Shown: positions 28,871 to 38,380 of the stretch, piece by piece
Layout: every line of letters begins with the position of its first letter
Numbering within the stretch: the first letter of the stretch is position 1
DNA from: Candidatus Latescibacterota bacterium
GTDB lineage: Bacteria > Latescibacterota > UBA2968 > UBA8231
Assembly (NCBI GenBank): GCA_965200315.1
Contig: OZ241362.1
Span: forward strand, 2,912,001 to 2,976,000
Length of the DNA: 64,000 bases
Reading direction: 5' to 3'
Program-made: the position numbers and the translations under genes
Notes under the pieces: model-generated
What the model was told of the DNA's origin: nothing
What the model saw: only the letters and a program-made list of their open reading frames with translations
Database searches by the model: none

Positions 28871-29544
28871 GCTTTTTAGGGCGTACGCTGGCGATACTGC
28901 GCAAAGATCTGAAGGCCGAGTGGCGCACTAAGGCACGTCTCAGTCCGATGGTCTTCTTTATACTGTTGATGTTGCTGGTGTTCAACTTTTCCTTCGATTT
29001 AGGCGGGGCCGCCCTACACGAGATTGGGCCTGGCACGCTCTGGTCGTCCTATGTCTTCGCCAGCCTGCTGAGTCTGAGCCGCTCTTTTACTGATGAACGC
29101 GACAACGACGCGCTCGACGCGCTGCTGTTAGCGCCGGGCGACCGCGGGGCCATCTACCTAGGTAAAATGCTGGGCAATTTTGTTTTTCTTTTGGCAATCG
29201 AACTCCTAAGTTTGCCCTTTTTTGCTCTCTTTTTTAACCTATCTCTAGGCTTTTTCTTGCTCCCTCTGCTGGCTGTCTTCGTCTTGGGATCAGCTTGCAT
29301 GGCGTCGGCGGGTACGCTCTTTGCGGCATTGTCGAACAACATGCGTTTGCGCGAACTAATGCTGCCCCTTTTGCTTTTGCCCATGACCTTGCCGGCGTTG
29401 ATTTCCTGCGTAGAGGCGACGGGGTTAGTGCTGGCCAATGACTGTTGCGAAAAGCTCTTCCCGCACCTGCAAATGCTGGGAGTGTACGCGGTAGTTTTCA
29501 CAGTGCTCTCGCTAATGCTATTTGAATACGCGATCGAGGAATGA
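28867..29544 (+). CDS. ccmB: Heme exporter permease
   Basis: KDLKAEWR, IYLGK, LLLLPMTLP. Confidence 0.92.
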   Translation: MSFLGRTLAILRKDLKAEWRTKARLSPMVFFILLMLLVFNFSFDLGGAALHEIGPGTLWSSYVFASLLSLSRSFTDERDNDALDALLLAPGDRGAIYLGKMLGNFVFLLAIELLSLPFFALFFNLSLGFFLLPLLAVFVLGSACMASAGTLFAALSNNMRLRELMLPLLLLPMTLPALISCVEATGLVLANDCCEKLFPHLQMLGVYAVVFTVLSLMLFEYAIEE

Positions 29545-30212
29545 TGCGTTCGGTCCCTTTCTCCTGTTTGATTTTCGTGGTCATGCTCGTCGCCTTGGGC
29601 GCGATTTTTTTTTGGGTCCCCACGGAAAAAGAAATGGGAATCGTCCAGCGAATCTTCTACTTTCACGTACCGGCTGCATTCTCTTCGTTTCTGGCCTTTT
29701 TTCTCGTATTCGTCGGCAGTGTACAGTATCTGCGCACTCGCGAGGACAAGTGGGATCGCCTAGCGCTATGCTCCGCCGAGTTGGGCGTGATCTTTGCGTT
29801 GATCGTGCTGATCACGGGGCCCTTGTGGGCCAAACCCGTCTGGGGGGTTTACTGGCGCTGGGAGCCGCGCCTGACCTCCATGCTGATTACTTTCACTATC
29901 TACGTGGCCTACCTAATGGTGCGGGGATATGGGGCCAACTCCACTCCGGTACAGCGCATCAGTGCTGTACTGGGTATTCTCGCCTTCGCCAACGTTCCTT
30001 TGGTGTACTATGCTGTCGATCTGTGGGCCGCTGACCAACAACTACACCCGCCGCGCAACGTAGAACTTGAGCCGACGATGCAATACACCAAGTGGATCTG
30101 CTACGCGGCTTTCTTCCTGCTGCTTTTTCGCCTCATAGCGCAACGCATGGAGCTAGCCCGCATTGAAAAAGCCGTGGCGCTCCTGCGGCAAAAACTAATT
30201 GACGAAACGTAA
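29541..30212 (+). CDS. ccmC: Heme exporter/WWD protein
   Basis: RIFYFHVP, GPLWAKPVWGVYWRWEPRLT, LHP. Confidence 0.93.
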   Translation: MMRSVPFSCLIFVVMLVALGAIFFWVPTEKEMGIVQRIFYFHVPAAFSSFLAFFLVFVGSVQYLRTREDKWDRLALCSAELGVIFALIVLITGPLWAKPVWGVYWRWEPRLTSMLITFTIYVAYLMVRGYGANSTPVQRISAVLGILAFANVPLVYYAVDLWAADQQLHPPRNVELEPTMQYTKWICYAAFFLLLFRLIAQRMELARIEKAVALLRQKLIDET

Positions 30213-30218
30213 GGGACC

Positions 30219-30380
30219 ATGGACAATCTCCACTATTTATTTGCTGCCTTCGCAGCCGTATGGATCGTGCTTTTTGCCTATTTGACGCACCTAAACCGGC
30301 GCACTGGGGAACTGGGTCGCCAGCTTGCAGAACTTGAGTTGAAGCTAAAAAACAAAGAGGGTGATTTGCCGGATGAGTAA
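30219..30380 (+). CDS. ccmD: CcmD family small membrane protein (53 aa)
   Basis: Below the track cutoff: MDNLHYLFAAFAAVWIVLFAYLTHLNRR... directly after ccmC. Confidence 0.85.
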   Translation: MDNLHYLFAAFAAVWIVLFAYLTHLNRRTGELGRQLAELELKLKNKEGDLPDE

Positions 30381-30394
30381 GAGACGCGAGCCAG

Positions 30395-30424
30395 TTGACA
30401 CCCGCTTTTACGTCGTATTATATT
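30395..30424 (+). promoter_or_regulatory. Putative sigma70 promoter of the DUF151 pair
   Basis: TTGACA-N18-TATATT. Confidence 0.55.
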
Positions 30425-30469
30425 TCACACGTCTATTGGTAAACGCCTATTAAATTGTAGTGTACCGCT

Positions 30470-31087
30470 ATGGTTCTGATGGAAGTCAAGGGAGTCTTAA
30501 GCAGCAAATCTCTATCTTTATACCCTGAAGTGGTACTCAAAGAAGTCGAAGGCAACTATTATCTGCACATTGTCATCGGCCGCTTTGAGGCGGCAGCCAT
30601 TTCCGCAGCCCACAGCAATCGTCAACCTGCCCGCCCCATCAGCTACGATCTGGCCCATCAGATTCTCGCCCACGTTGACGCCCGGGTAGTCCGGGTCGAA
30701 ATTACGGATTTTAACCCACACGAAGAAACGTACTACGCTGAGATTCACCTCGTCGACGACGAGGGCAAAATTCATACATTCGACGCACGTCCCAGCGATG
30801 CAATTGCCCTAGCCTTGCGCTTTGGCACACCGATCTACGCTGCCGTCAAGGTACTCAAAGAAGTAGGATGCGTTCGTTCTGACGACGATGAATGGGTTAC
30901 GGCTGAAGTTAATGCCATCACCAAATCCGTAGCCACTCCGCGGGAAGAGCACCCTACCATCGCCACGTCAGCCGTCAATCAGCTAGAACAACTCAAAAGA
31001 CGTATGGACCAAGCGGTTGCCGAAGAAATGTACGAGGAGGCGGCGCGGCTTCGCGACGAGATTAGTCGTCTCAATAGGGATGACTAA
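30470..31087 (+). CDS. Bifunctional nuclease (DUF151) with UVR domain, copy 1
   Basis: IGRFEAAAI, RPISYDL, DARPSDAIALALR, EMYEEAARLRDEI. Confidence 0.9.
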   Translation: MVLMEVKGVLSSKSLSLYPEVVLKEVEGNYYLHIVIGRFEAAAISAAHSNRQPARPISYDLAHQILAHVDARVVRVEITDFNPHEETYYAEIHLVDDEGKIHTFDARPSDAIALALRFGTPIYAAVKVLKEVGCVRSDDDEWVTAEVNAITKSVATPREEHPTIATSAVNQLEQLKRRMDQAVAEEMYEEAARLRDEISRLNRDD

Positions 31088-31782
31088 TGAGTACTACCTC
31101 TTTGGTCGAGATGACCGTGGTCAAGGTTAGCCCCTACTTGCGCGAGGACAGGCCCTTGGTATGGTTGAGCGAGAAGAACGGTAAACTCCCGCGGCTCCTG
31201 CCCATTCCCATTGGCGAATTTGAAGCGGCTGCCATTCGGATGCGGTTGGAAAACGATGGACCTGCACGCCCAATCTCTTACGACTTGCTCACTTCTATGG
31301 TCAACTCCCTTGCGATACGCGTACGCCAAGTTGTCATCCACAACGCACGCCGATCTATTTACTACGCGAGAGTCGTTATTGAGAAGAATCACACGATAAA
31401 AGACATCGACGCACGTCCCAGCGATGCCATCGCTTTGGCCTTGCGCACAGGTTCGCCAATCTACATTGTTCCTGCGTTGCTCGACGAGGTGGGCTTGGAG
31501 CCTTTGGAAACCGACTTGGACGTTGAACACACCCTGAACCGCTTCTACGAGTTTGAAGCGCAGATTTCCACGTCGCTCAATGCAGAAGCTGATTCGGCCA
31601 AGGTTCGCTCACGGAATCGGAATGCCGAAGAGGCCGACGCGCAACGCTCGCCTAAGCAAGAGAAAGACGAGCTCAGCCTGCTTCAGCATCGGCTACAGCA
31701 GGCCGTTATCTGCGAAGAATACGAAGAAGCTGCTCGGCTACGCGACGCCATCGAATCGCTAGTTAAAAAAACCAAGCGTTGA
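31087..31782 (+). CDS. Bifunctional nuclease (DUF151) with UVR domain, copy 2
   Basis: IGEFEAAAI, RPISYDL, DARPSDAIALALR, EEYEEAARLRDAI. Confidence 0.9.
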   Translation: MSTTSLVEMTVVKVSPYLREDRPLVWLSEKNGKLPRLLPIPIGEFEAAAIRMRLENDGPARPISYDLLTSMVNSLAIRVRQVVIHNARRSIYYARVVIEKNHTIKDIDARPSDAIALALRTGSPIYIVPALLDEVGLEPLETDLDVEHTLNRFYEFEAQISTSLNAEADSAKVRSRNRNAEEADAQRSPKQEKDELSLLQHRLQQAVICEEYEEAARLRDAIESLVKKTKR

Positions 31783-31844
31783 ATCCCAATCCGGGTAGAC
31801 GCAGATGCAACACCTACCAAGTAACTGAAGTTGCCCAAGACACA

Positions 31845-32294
31845 ATGGCCCTACAACTATTTGGTTGTCTCGCCCTGCTCCTCGGCTGCAATAGCGAAGA
31901 CATAGACCAACGCTTCTCACACCCGGCCCAGACCTTCCAGACCTATAAGTATGCGCTAGAAAACAACAACTTTGACCTGCTTTGGGAGTGCTTCAGTTCT
32001 TCGCAAGTGGAGGGCGAAGATCGTCAGAGCTTTGTCGAACGGTGGCAGCAAAAGACGCCAGCCGAGATCAAGGCTCAACTAAGGCGAGAAATAGCCGAAG
32101 AGCGCATCATCAACGAACGCATTGGTTACTTACTCTTCGATTCCTCTACGCTAGGCGATCAGCGCACATCGCCATTCTTTTATTTTCTTCGCGATTCCAA
32201 TGGTTGGAAAATCACTTCCCACCTAGACAGCACCTTCCACCAAGAGTTAGAGCAAGCCATTGAGCGCGGTGAGTACAAACTACCCGACTTCTAA
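31845..32294 (+). CDS. Hypothetical lipoprotein (NTF2-like?)
   Basis: Lipobox LLGC after ATG 31845; C-terminal GWKI motif. Confidence 0.65.
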   Translation: MALQLFGCLALLLGCNSEDIDQRFSHPAQTFQTYKYALENNNFDLLWECFSSSQVEGEDRQSFVERWQQKTPAEIKAQLRREIAEERIINERIGYLLFDSSTLGDQRTSPFFYFLRDSNGWKITSHLDSTFHQELEQAIERGEYKLPDF

Positions 32295-32323
32295 CTCCTT
32301 CCCATCAGACATTAACTCTTTCC

Positions 32324-32857
32324 TCAACTAGGCGGCTCTAAGTTCCAAGTCCCTATAATGCCCATTATCATATCCCACTGTTTGTCGTCCATCGCCTCTA
32401 CCAGAGCGAGCAGGCGTAACACATCGCGCTCCTTCTGTTTCTTGCGCGCCCGAGCAACGACCTCTAACCACGGTTGATCCCCGAGTAGAGCCAAGATTTC
32501 TGGATTAGATAGTATCCCTAAGAGGGCTGGGTCCAAGGACTCTTGGCTAGACAGGAGCTTGTTGACTACTGGGTCCGACAGCGAGCGCATCATCTTGCCA
32601 TAGAGCGCACGTCCTTCCTCCGAACTCGCCTTGGCCTCATAAGCAGCAATCAACACTCTGTTAGAGTCGAGTTCCAAAACCTCGGCCAACTTGAGACACA
32701 CTTCGTCGGAAGGTACCTTCTCCCCTTTCTCAATTTGTCCTATATAGGTTGCCCATACGCCCTTGGGCCTTCGCGTCGTCACGAGTTGTTGGGCCAGTCT
32801 CTGCTGGCTCAGGTGGGCTTGTAACCGGGCCTCCTTGATCATTTCTGCAAACTGCAT
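32324..32857 (-). CDS. XRE-family HTH transcriptional regulator
   Basis: IKEARLQAHLSQQRLA...YIGQIEKGEKVPS...KLAEVL. Confidence 0.9.
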   Translation of the reverse strand: MQFAEMIKEARLQAHLSQQRLAQQLVTTRRPKGVWATYIGQIEKGEKVPSDEVCLKLAEVLELDSNRVLIAAYEAKASSEEGRALYGKMMRSLSDPVVNKLLSSQESLDPALLGILSNPEILALLGDQPWLEVVARARKKQKERDVLRLLALVEAMDDKQWDMIMGIIGTWNLEPPS

Positions 32858-32895
32858 TTGCGATCCCTCTGAACTATTTTCAAATCATCTCTGTC

Positions 32896-32924
32896 AAAGA
32901 TACGCACACACTTGTAAGTGTGCA
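32896..32924 (-). promoter_or_regulatory. Putative XRE gene promoter with palindromic operator
   Basis: Minus strand TTGCAC-N17-TATCTT; the GCACAC-N8-GTGTGC palindrome (32904-32923) covers the spacer and -35. Confidence 0.6.
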
Positions 32925-32961
32925 AGACTCCCTTGTTATTTCTTTGGATCCATTTTTCCGC

Positions 32962-32990
32962 TTGACAACACAATCTAGCGTGTGTATTTT
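32962..32990 (+). promoter_or_regulatory. Putative promoter of the ncRNA with operator
   Basis: TTGACA-N17-TATTTT; the spacer holds ACAC-N8-GTGT. Confidence 0.6.
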
Positions 32991-32996
32991 TGTTTC

Positions 32997-33200
32997 TAAA
33001 TAGAGTGTGGCGGTCCGCTGAGCGTGGCCAAAGTCTTGATACGCGAAGCTCGGATTTCCCTTTTCGGGCCGTTGAGATCTTCAAAACTACCTCCCCACAC
33101 CGCCTCGTTTGAGGATCTCACTTGCTCTTCAAGATCACACCATCTGGCCGCCATACTCTTTATTTTATAAGCAGCCCATTTTTAGATGGGCTGCTTTTTT
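32997..33200 (+). ncRNA. Candidate structured non-coding RNA (about 165 nt plus terminator); 6S RNA not excluded
   Basis: 14-bp closing helix 33002-33015/33146-33159, TCTTGA/TCAAGA helix, 7-bp and 12-bp hairpins, own promoter and terminator, no convincing plus-strand ORF. Confidence 0.7.
33169..33200 (+). terminator. Rho-independent terminator
   Basis: AAGCAGCCCAT-loop-ATGGGCTGCTT followed by a T run. Confidence 0.85.
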
Positions 33201-33233
33201 ATTTTTAGCCTTTACGCCGATTCTTTATACGCC

Positions 33234-34349
33234 ATGCGTATCTGTATGGTCGCCTTCACCGACCTGAACTTCGACTACCGCATCTACCGAGAGGCTACTT
33301 CGCTGCGCCGCGCTGGTCACCAAGTCGTCATTGTCGCCTCCTCTTTCAACTCAGCCCCTCTCAAGGGATGGGACGATTTTGAAATCTATCCGATTCCGCT
33401 AGACCGGAGCCGCTCCCTGCGCCGCCTCTACCCTTTGTTTTGGCAACGGGCCTATCCCCTGCTCGTCGAGACCCAGCCGGATGCTTATCACGCCCACGAC
33501 TTAGACTCGCTCTGGCCAGCAGTACGAGCGGCACAACGACTAGATCGGCCTATCATCTATGATGCACACGAATTTTGGACCGAGCAGTCCTCACTGGTCA
33601 ACCGACCGCTGATGCGGTCCTGCTGGCGTTTGCTAGAGAGACGGCTGATAAGACGGGTAGATCGCGTCATAACCGTCAGCGGGTCTATCGCCCAATCGCT
33701 CAGGGAGCGTTACCGCCTTGACGAGGTCGTCGTTCTGCGCAATTTGCCACTGTTTCGCCACAAGGTCCAAAGCAACCTGATACGCGAAACGCTAAATTTG
33801 CCCGATGATCGCCCCGTTGCTCTCTACCAAGGAGGATTTCTCACCGAAAATGGCTTGCGCGAGCAAATTGAGGCCGCCGCGGGACTGGACGCCGCCCTAG
33901 TTCTAATTGGGGACGGGCCGAGTGAACAGGCCCTGAGGAACCAAGTTCGCGCTGCGAGCCTAGAGGACCGGGTCTATTTTATTCCTCGGGTGCCCTTTTA
34001 CCAACTTCACAATTATACTTGCTCGGCCGACTTGGGGCTGTGTCTGATCAAAGGCACAGGCAAGAGCTTCTATTACTCGCTGCCCAACAAGCTTTTCGAG
34101 TATATGATGGCCGGATTACCCGTTCTAGCTAGCAACTTTCCTGAAATGGAGCGCATTGTCCGCAAAACGCGCACCGGAGCCACGGTCGATCCAACCAATA
34201 TAGCCGCTATTCGAGATCAGATCGCCGCTTTTTTGGACAATGCAGCACAGCGAGAGACGTGCGTCAAGGCGAGTTTGCAGGCGGCACGGCACTATAACTG
34301 GGAACGAGAAGCCGCTCAACTTACCCAGCTTTACGAAACCTTAACATGA
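33234..34349 (+). CDS. Glycosyltransferase family 4
   Basis: HAHD, IIYDAHE, PNKLFEYMMAGLPV. Confidence 0.92.
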   Translation: MRICMVAFTDLNFDYRIYREATSLRRAGHQVVIVASSFNSAPLKGWDDFEIYPIPLDRSRSLRRLYPLFWQRAYPLLVETQPDAYHAHDLDSLWPAVRAAQRLDRPIIYDAHEFWTEQSSLVNRPLMRSCWRLLERRLIRRVDRVITVSGSIAQSLRERYRLDEVVVLRNLPLFRHKVQSNLIRETLNLPDDRPVALYQGGFLTENGLREQIEAAAGLDAALVLIGDGPSEQALRNQVRAASLEDRVYFIPRVPFYQLHNYTCSADLGLCLIKGTGKSFYYSLPNKLFEYMMAGLPVLASNFPEMERIVRKTRTGATVDPTNIAAIRDQIAAFLDNAAQRETCVKASLQAARHYNWEREAAQLTQLYETLT

Positions 34350-35275
34350 GTGCCCCGCTGACGCTTAGCGTCGTAATACCTACCTATGACGAGCCTGAGC
34401 GCCTCGAAGCAGCACTTAAGAGCCTGTCGCAGCAAGATTACCCTCGCGAAGCGACCCAAATCATCGTGGTGGACGATGCCTCCCCCCATTTGGACGCCGA
34501 GCGGCTGTATGCGGCGATCGCGCCGTTAGAGTTGCAGCTACTCCGCAACGAACAGAACCAGGGACGCGCTCGGGCGCGCAACGCTGCACTTCGGGTCGCC
34601 AGCGGCGATATCGTCGTCTTTCTCGACAGTGACATGACCGTCGGCACCAATTTTCTCCGCGCCCATGCCCAACGGCATCAAAACCACGCGGAAGCCGTTT
34701 TTGTCGGCAATATCCGCTTTGCCAGTGAAATTCCCGCTACCTCCCTGACTCGCTATCTCGAAGGGAGGGGGGTCCATAGGGTCAATGCGGATAAGACCAT
34801 ACCTTTCAAGTGCTTCGTCACCGGCAACTCCTCGGTTCGCCGGTCATCCCTGCTGCGCGTAGGATTTTTCGACGAGGACCTCACGGCTTATGGGGGCGAA
34901 GATCTAGAATTAGGGTATCGCCTCCATTTGGCGGGTATTCCGCTTTGCTATGCCCCTGAAGCCCTGTCGCACCACAATCACTTGCGTTCGTTGGAGCCGC
35001 TCTGCCGCCTGATGCAGACCTACGGCAGCAAGTCAATCCCGATCCTTTTAAAAAAGCATCCCGAGCTCGACGCCGTACTCCGGTTGGACTTTATCAGGGC
35101 CGCTGCTTTCTCCCCTCGGCGGCTCGCGCTCCAGCTAGTCCTGTTGTCGCCGATTCACTACCCAATTCGCTGGGTGACCCGCTGGCTTGTGAAAATCTAT
35201 GTCCCGGATCTGTTTTTTAGTTATTTGTTCTGGTCCAGCCGTACGCGGGGTTACATGCGTCCTCTAAACAAATAA
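34346..35275 (+). CDS. Glycosyltransferase family 2
   Basis: SVVIPTY, VVDDAS, FLDSD, GGEDLELGYRL. Confidence 0.92.
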   Translation: MSAPLTLSVVIPTYDEPERLEAALKSLSQQDYPREATQIIVVDDASPHLDAERLYAAIAPLELQLLRNEQNQGRARARNAALRVASGDIVVFLDSDMTVGTNFLRAHAQRHQNHAEAVFVGNIRFASEIPATSLTRYLEGRGVHRVNADKTIPFKCFVTGNSSVRRSSLLRVGFFDEDLTAYGGEDLELGYRLHLAGIPLCYAPEALSHHNHLRSLEPLCRLMQTYGSKSIPILLKKHPELDAVLRLDFIRAAAFSPRRLALQLVLLSPIHYPIRWVTRWLVKIYVPDLFFSYLFWSSRTRGYMRPLNK

Positions 35276-35303
35276 AGAATAACGACTTATATTATATAGC
35301 CTT

Positions 35304-36134
35304 ATGGGTACGCACTATCCCCGTTTCTCCCAAGTTCTCCGCGTAGCTCTACCTGCGCTCCTGCTAGCCCAATTCGTAGTTTGGCCCATCGTCGGCCTTT
35401 TATCTCTACATGCTGGTATTGTTGCCGCCGAATGTACCCTTTTGTGGTTTGTTGCTCTTTATATTCGCCGTCATCGCCTAATTGCCGAAGACCTGCTTCT
35501 GTTCAACGCCACACCGGCTGCGACCCTGTTGCTGACAATCCCGGCGACTATTTGCTGTAGCCTCGTAATCGCCGAACTCGACTTGTATATGGCCTATCTT
35601 CTCGGCCTGATAGACCTGTCCATGCCGCTGTCTTTGAAGAAAAACCTGCTAGAGATTCAGATTGTCCGCGGACTAGCGGAGATCCCGAAGGGACTGCTAA
35701 CACTAGTGCTAGTACCTGTGTTTTGCGAAGAGCCCCTCTTCCGAGGACTTGTGTTCACGAGCCTTTGCGCCCATTATGGGCCGCGCTGGGCGCTAGGCGG
35801 TTCAGCCCTGCTGTTTGCCATTTCTCACTTCAACCCTTGGCAAATGATCCCTCTCTTCCTCTTTGGGCTCTTCCTCGGCGCTTTAGTTTACTGGACTCAC
35901 AGCATCTATCCTGCCATGCTCGCCCACGCGGTCAACAACTTGACTTCGATGACTGGGATCAACTTGCACACTTACTTAGGCATAGATGGCCTCGGTCCCT
36001 CCCAACATCTCCCCATGCCCTTGGCCTTGCTCGCCGGCTTACTCCTGCTTGCCGGCCTCCTGCTTATCAGCCGTCAACGTACCATTATGCCGCTGTTGAC
36101 TAGGCGGGAATTCGCTCCGCCCGATTACAACTGA
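35304..36134 (+). CDS. CPBP (Abi/CAAX) intramembrane metalloprotease
   Basis: EE-x-LFRG, FAISH, H-x-x-NN motifs. Confidence 0.9.
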   Translation: MGTHYPRFSQVLRVALPALLLAQFVVWPIVGLLSLHAGIVAAECTLLWFVALYIRRHRLIAEDLLLFNATPAATLLLTIPATICCSLVIAELDLYMAYLLGLIDLSMPLSLKKNLLEIQIVRGLAEIPKGLLTLVLVPVFCEEPLFRGLVFTSLCAHYGPRWALGGSALLFAISHFNPWQMIPLFLFGLFLGALVYWTHSIYPAMLAHAVNNLTSMTGINLHTYLGIDGLGPSQHLPMPLALLAGLLLLAGLLLISRQRTIMPLLTRREFAPPDYN

Positions 36135-36182
36135 ACTGTTTAGAGGAGAGGCAGTTACATAGAAAAACGTTCCCTGATTAAA

Positions 36183-37052
36183 TCAGCTCAGTACCTTCGC
36201 TACTGTTTCCCCAATTTCCGCAGGACTCTCACAGATGTGAATGCCTGCTTCCCGCATCGCCGCCATCTTGTCCTCGGCCGTCCCCTTACCCCCTGAAATA
36301 ATAGCTCCTGCATGTCCCATCCGCCGCCCCGGAGGTGCCGTGCGCCCCGCGATAAAGCCAACAACAGGCTTGTCGTAGCACTCTTTGATATAGGCAGCCG
36401 CTTCTTCTTCAGCCGTGCCCCCGATCTCGCCGATCATTACGACCGCATCGGTCTCGGGGTCGTCCTTAAAGAGTGCCAGCGCGTCCACAAAGCGCGTACC
36501 GATGATTGGGTCGCCGCCAATGCCGATAGCTGTGGACTGGCCTAGGCCCTGCTCAGTGAGCTGCCCCACGGCTTCATAGGTCAGCGTTCCACTGCGCGAG
36601 ATAATGCCCACGCGACCGGGCTGGTGGATAAAGTGAGGCATAATGCCGATTTTGCACTTTCCCGGCGAGATTACGCCGGGGCAATTAGGCCCGATCAGTC
36701 GAGTGGAGCGCACCTGTACATAATGGTAGGCTTTAACCATGTCACTCACGGGGATGTTCTCGGTGATACAGATGACTAGCTCTATACCGGCATCGGCCGC
36801 TTCCATGATGGCGTCAGCGGCAAAGGGAGCTGGCACAAAGATGATTGAAGCATTGGCTCCCGAGGCCTCAACGCCTTCGGCGACCGTGTTAAACACCGGA
36901 ACGCCTTCAAATTCTTGGCCGCCTTTGCGAGGTGTTGCTCCCCCGACCACTTTAGTGCCGTACTCCAGCATTTGTCGCGTGTGAAATGATCCCTCCGACC
37001 CCGTAATCGCCTGTACGAAGACCTTGGTGTTTTCGTCGATTAAAACGCTCAT
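36183..37052 (-). CDS. sucD: Succinyl-CoA synthetase alpha subunit
   Basis: [11 protein letters not shown] start; [22 protein letters not shown]. Confidence 0.97.
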   Translation of the reverse strand: MSVLIDENTKVFVQAITGSEGSFHTRQMLEYGTKVVGGATPRKGGQEFEGVPVFNTVAEGVEASGANASIIFVPAPFAADAIMEAADAGIELVICITENIPVSDMVKAYHYVQVRSTRLIGPNCPGVISPGKCKIGIMPHFIHQPGRVGIISRSGTLTYEAVGQLTEQGLGQSTAIGIGGDPIIGTRFVDALALFKDDPETDAVVMIGEIGGTAEEEAAAYIKECYDKPVVGFIAGRTAPPGRRMGHAGAIISGGKGTAEDKMAAMREAGIHICESPAEIGETVAKVLS

Positions 37053-37065
37053 CCCTGTATTCCTT

Positions 37066-38223
37066 TTACCGAATAGCCGCCTTGACCATCGCCGCCGCGT
37101 CTTGCAGCCCGTGTCCAACGGCAAAGTCCATGTCGGAGTTTGCCAGCATCTCGGCGGCCACATCTGCGTTGGTACCAGCCAGCCGCACGACGATCGGCAC
37201 ATTGATTTCGATATTTTTGCGCGCCTCAATCACGCCAGCGGCCACGCGGTCGCAGCGCACAATGCCTCCGAAGATATTGATGAGTATGGCCTTTACATTC
37301 GGGTCGGAGAGTAAGATTCGGAAGCCATTTTCCACGGTCTCAGCGCTGGCCCCCCCGCCTACGTCCAGAAAATTGGCCGGCTCAGCACCGGACAGCTTGA
37401 TAATGTCCATGGTGGCCATCGCCAGTCCGGCACCGTTGACCATACAGCCGATATTGCCGTCGAGTTTGATGTAGTTCAGATCGTATTTGGCCGCTTTGAC
37501 CTCCAACTCCTCTTCTTCATCTAGATCGCGCATTTCCGCTAAATCAGAGTGGCGGAAGAGTGCGTTGTCGTCTAGGTCTATTTTGGCATCTAGCGCCAAA
37601 AGCTGCCCATCGGCGGTCGCCACCAAAGGATTGACCTCGACCAGTGAGCAGTCGGCATCGACATAAGCTCTGTAGAGACTGAGGATAAAACTGGCTGCTT
37701 GGCGAACCTGCTTGCCCTCGAAACCAAGCCCAAAGGCTAGGCGCATCGCTTGGAATGCCTGTAGCCCTACGCTAGGATCAACCGTTTCCTTGAGAATTTT
37801 TTCTGGGGTCGCCGCGGCGACCTCTTCGATCGCAACGCCGCCCTCTTGGCTGGCCATAATCACTGGCTTGCTCTGGGCCCGGTCGAGCGTGATGCCCAGA
37901 TAAAACTCGCGTTCTATATCCGAGGCCTGCTCCACTAGGACTTGCTTGACCTTTTGGCCTTCCGGGCCGGTCTGGTGCGTAACGAGCTGCATGCCGAGAA
38001 TCTCGCTGGCCGCTTGGAGAGCCTCTTCGGGATTAGCAGCCAGTTTGACGCCTCCGCCCTTGCCGCGACCTCCAGCGTGGATTTGGGCCTTAACTACGAC
38101 CTTTCCACCCAATCCAGCGGCCACGCGTTCGGCTTGATCGGCTGTGGTGGCCACGTCGCCACTTGGTACGGCGACTTGGTACTGGTGCAAAATTTTTTTG
38201 GCTTGATATTCGTGAATTTTCAT
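37066..38223 (-). CDS. sucC: Succinyl-CoA synthetase beta subunit
   Basis: [35 protein letters not shown]. Confidence 0.98.
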   Translation of the reverse strand: MKIHEYQAKKILHQYQVAVPSGDVATTADQAERVAAGLGGKVVVKAQIHAGGRGKGGGVKLAANPEEALQAASEILGMQLVTHQTGPEGQKVKQVLVEQASDIEREFYLGITLDRAQSKPVIMASQEGGVAIEEVAAATPEKILKETVDPSVGLQAFQAMRLAFGLGFEGKQVRQAASFILSLYRAYVDADCSLVEVNPLVATADGQLLALDAKIDLDDNALFRHSDLAEMRDLDEEEELEVKAAKYDLNYIKLDGNIGCMVNGAGLAMATMDIIKLSGAEPANFLDVGGGASAETVENGFRILLSDPNVKAILINIFGGIVRCDRVAAGVIEARKNIEINVPIVVRLAGTNADVAAEMLANSDMDFAVGHGLQDAAAMVKAAIR

Positions 38224-38380
38224 AAGCGTTATCTATTTAATTAGGTGAAAGGAACGCAAAAGAGTATAAAAACCTTCCCCCACCAGCAAGGCGATCTAGG
38301 AAGAACCAAACTAGGGCTGTTGATCGTTGGGAAAGTCCCGTAATATTCAGGCACATCCAAAGACCCCAAGGAGGTAACCC

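Noticed and set aside
32324-32857. Prophage repressor or prophage remnant
   Set aside because: No integrase, structural or replication phage genes nearby; the flanks are housekeeping-like.
32839-33084. 81-aa minus-strand ORF with GGAGG before a TTG start
   Set aside because: The SD is simply the complement of the RNA's C-rich loop. The ORF runs through both promoters and has no recognisable features, while promoter, terminator and G-U pairs point to the plus strand. Not fully excluded.
37053-37229. N-terminal extension of SucD in the ORF track (similarly for rpsF, rplU, the S41 protease and the binding protein)
   Set aside because: Most of these extensions overlap the upstream gene; conserved N-termini and RBS support the downstream starts.
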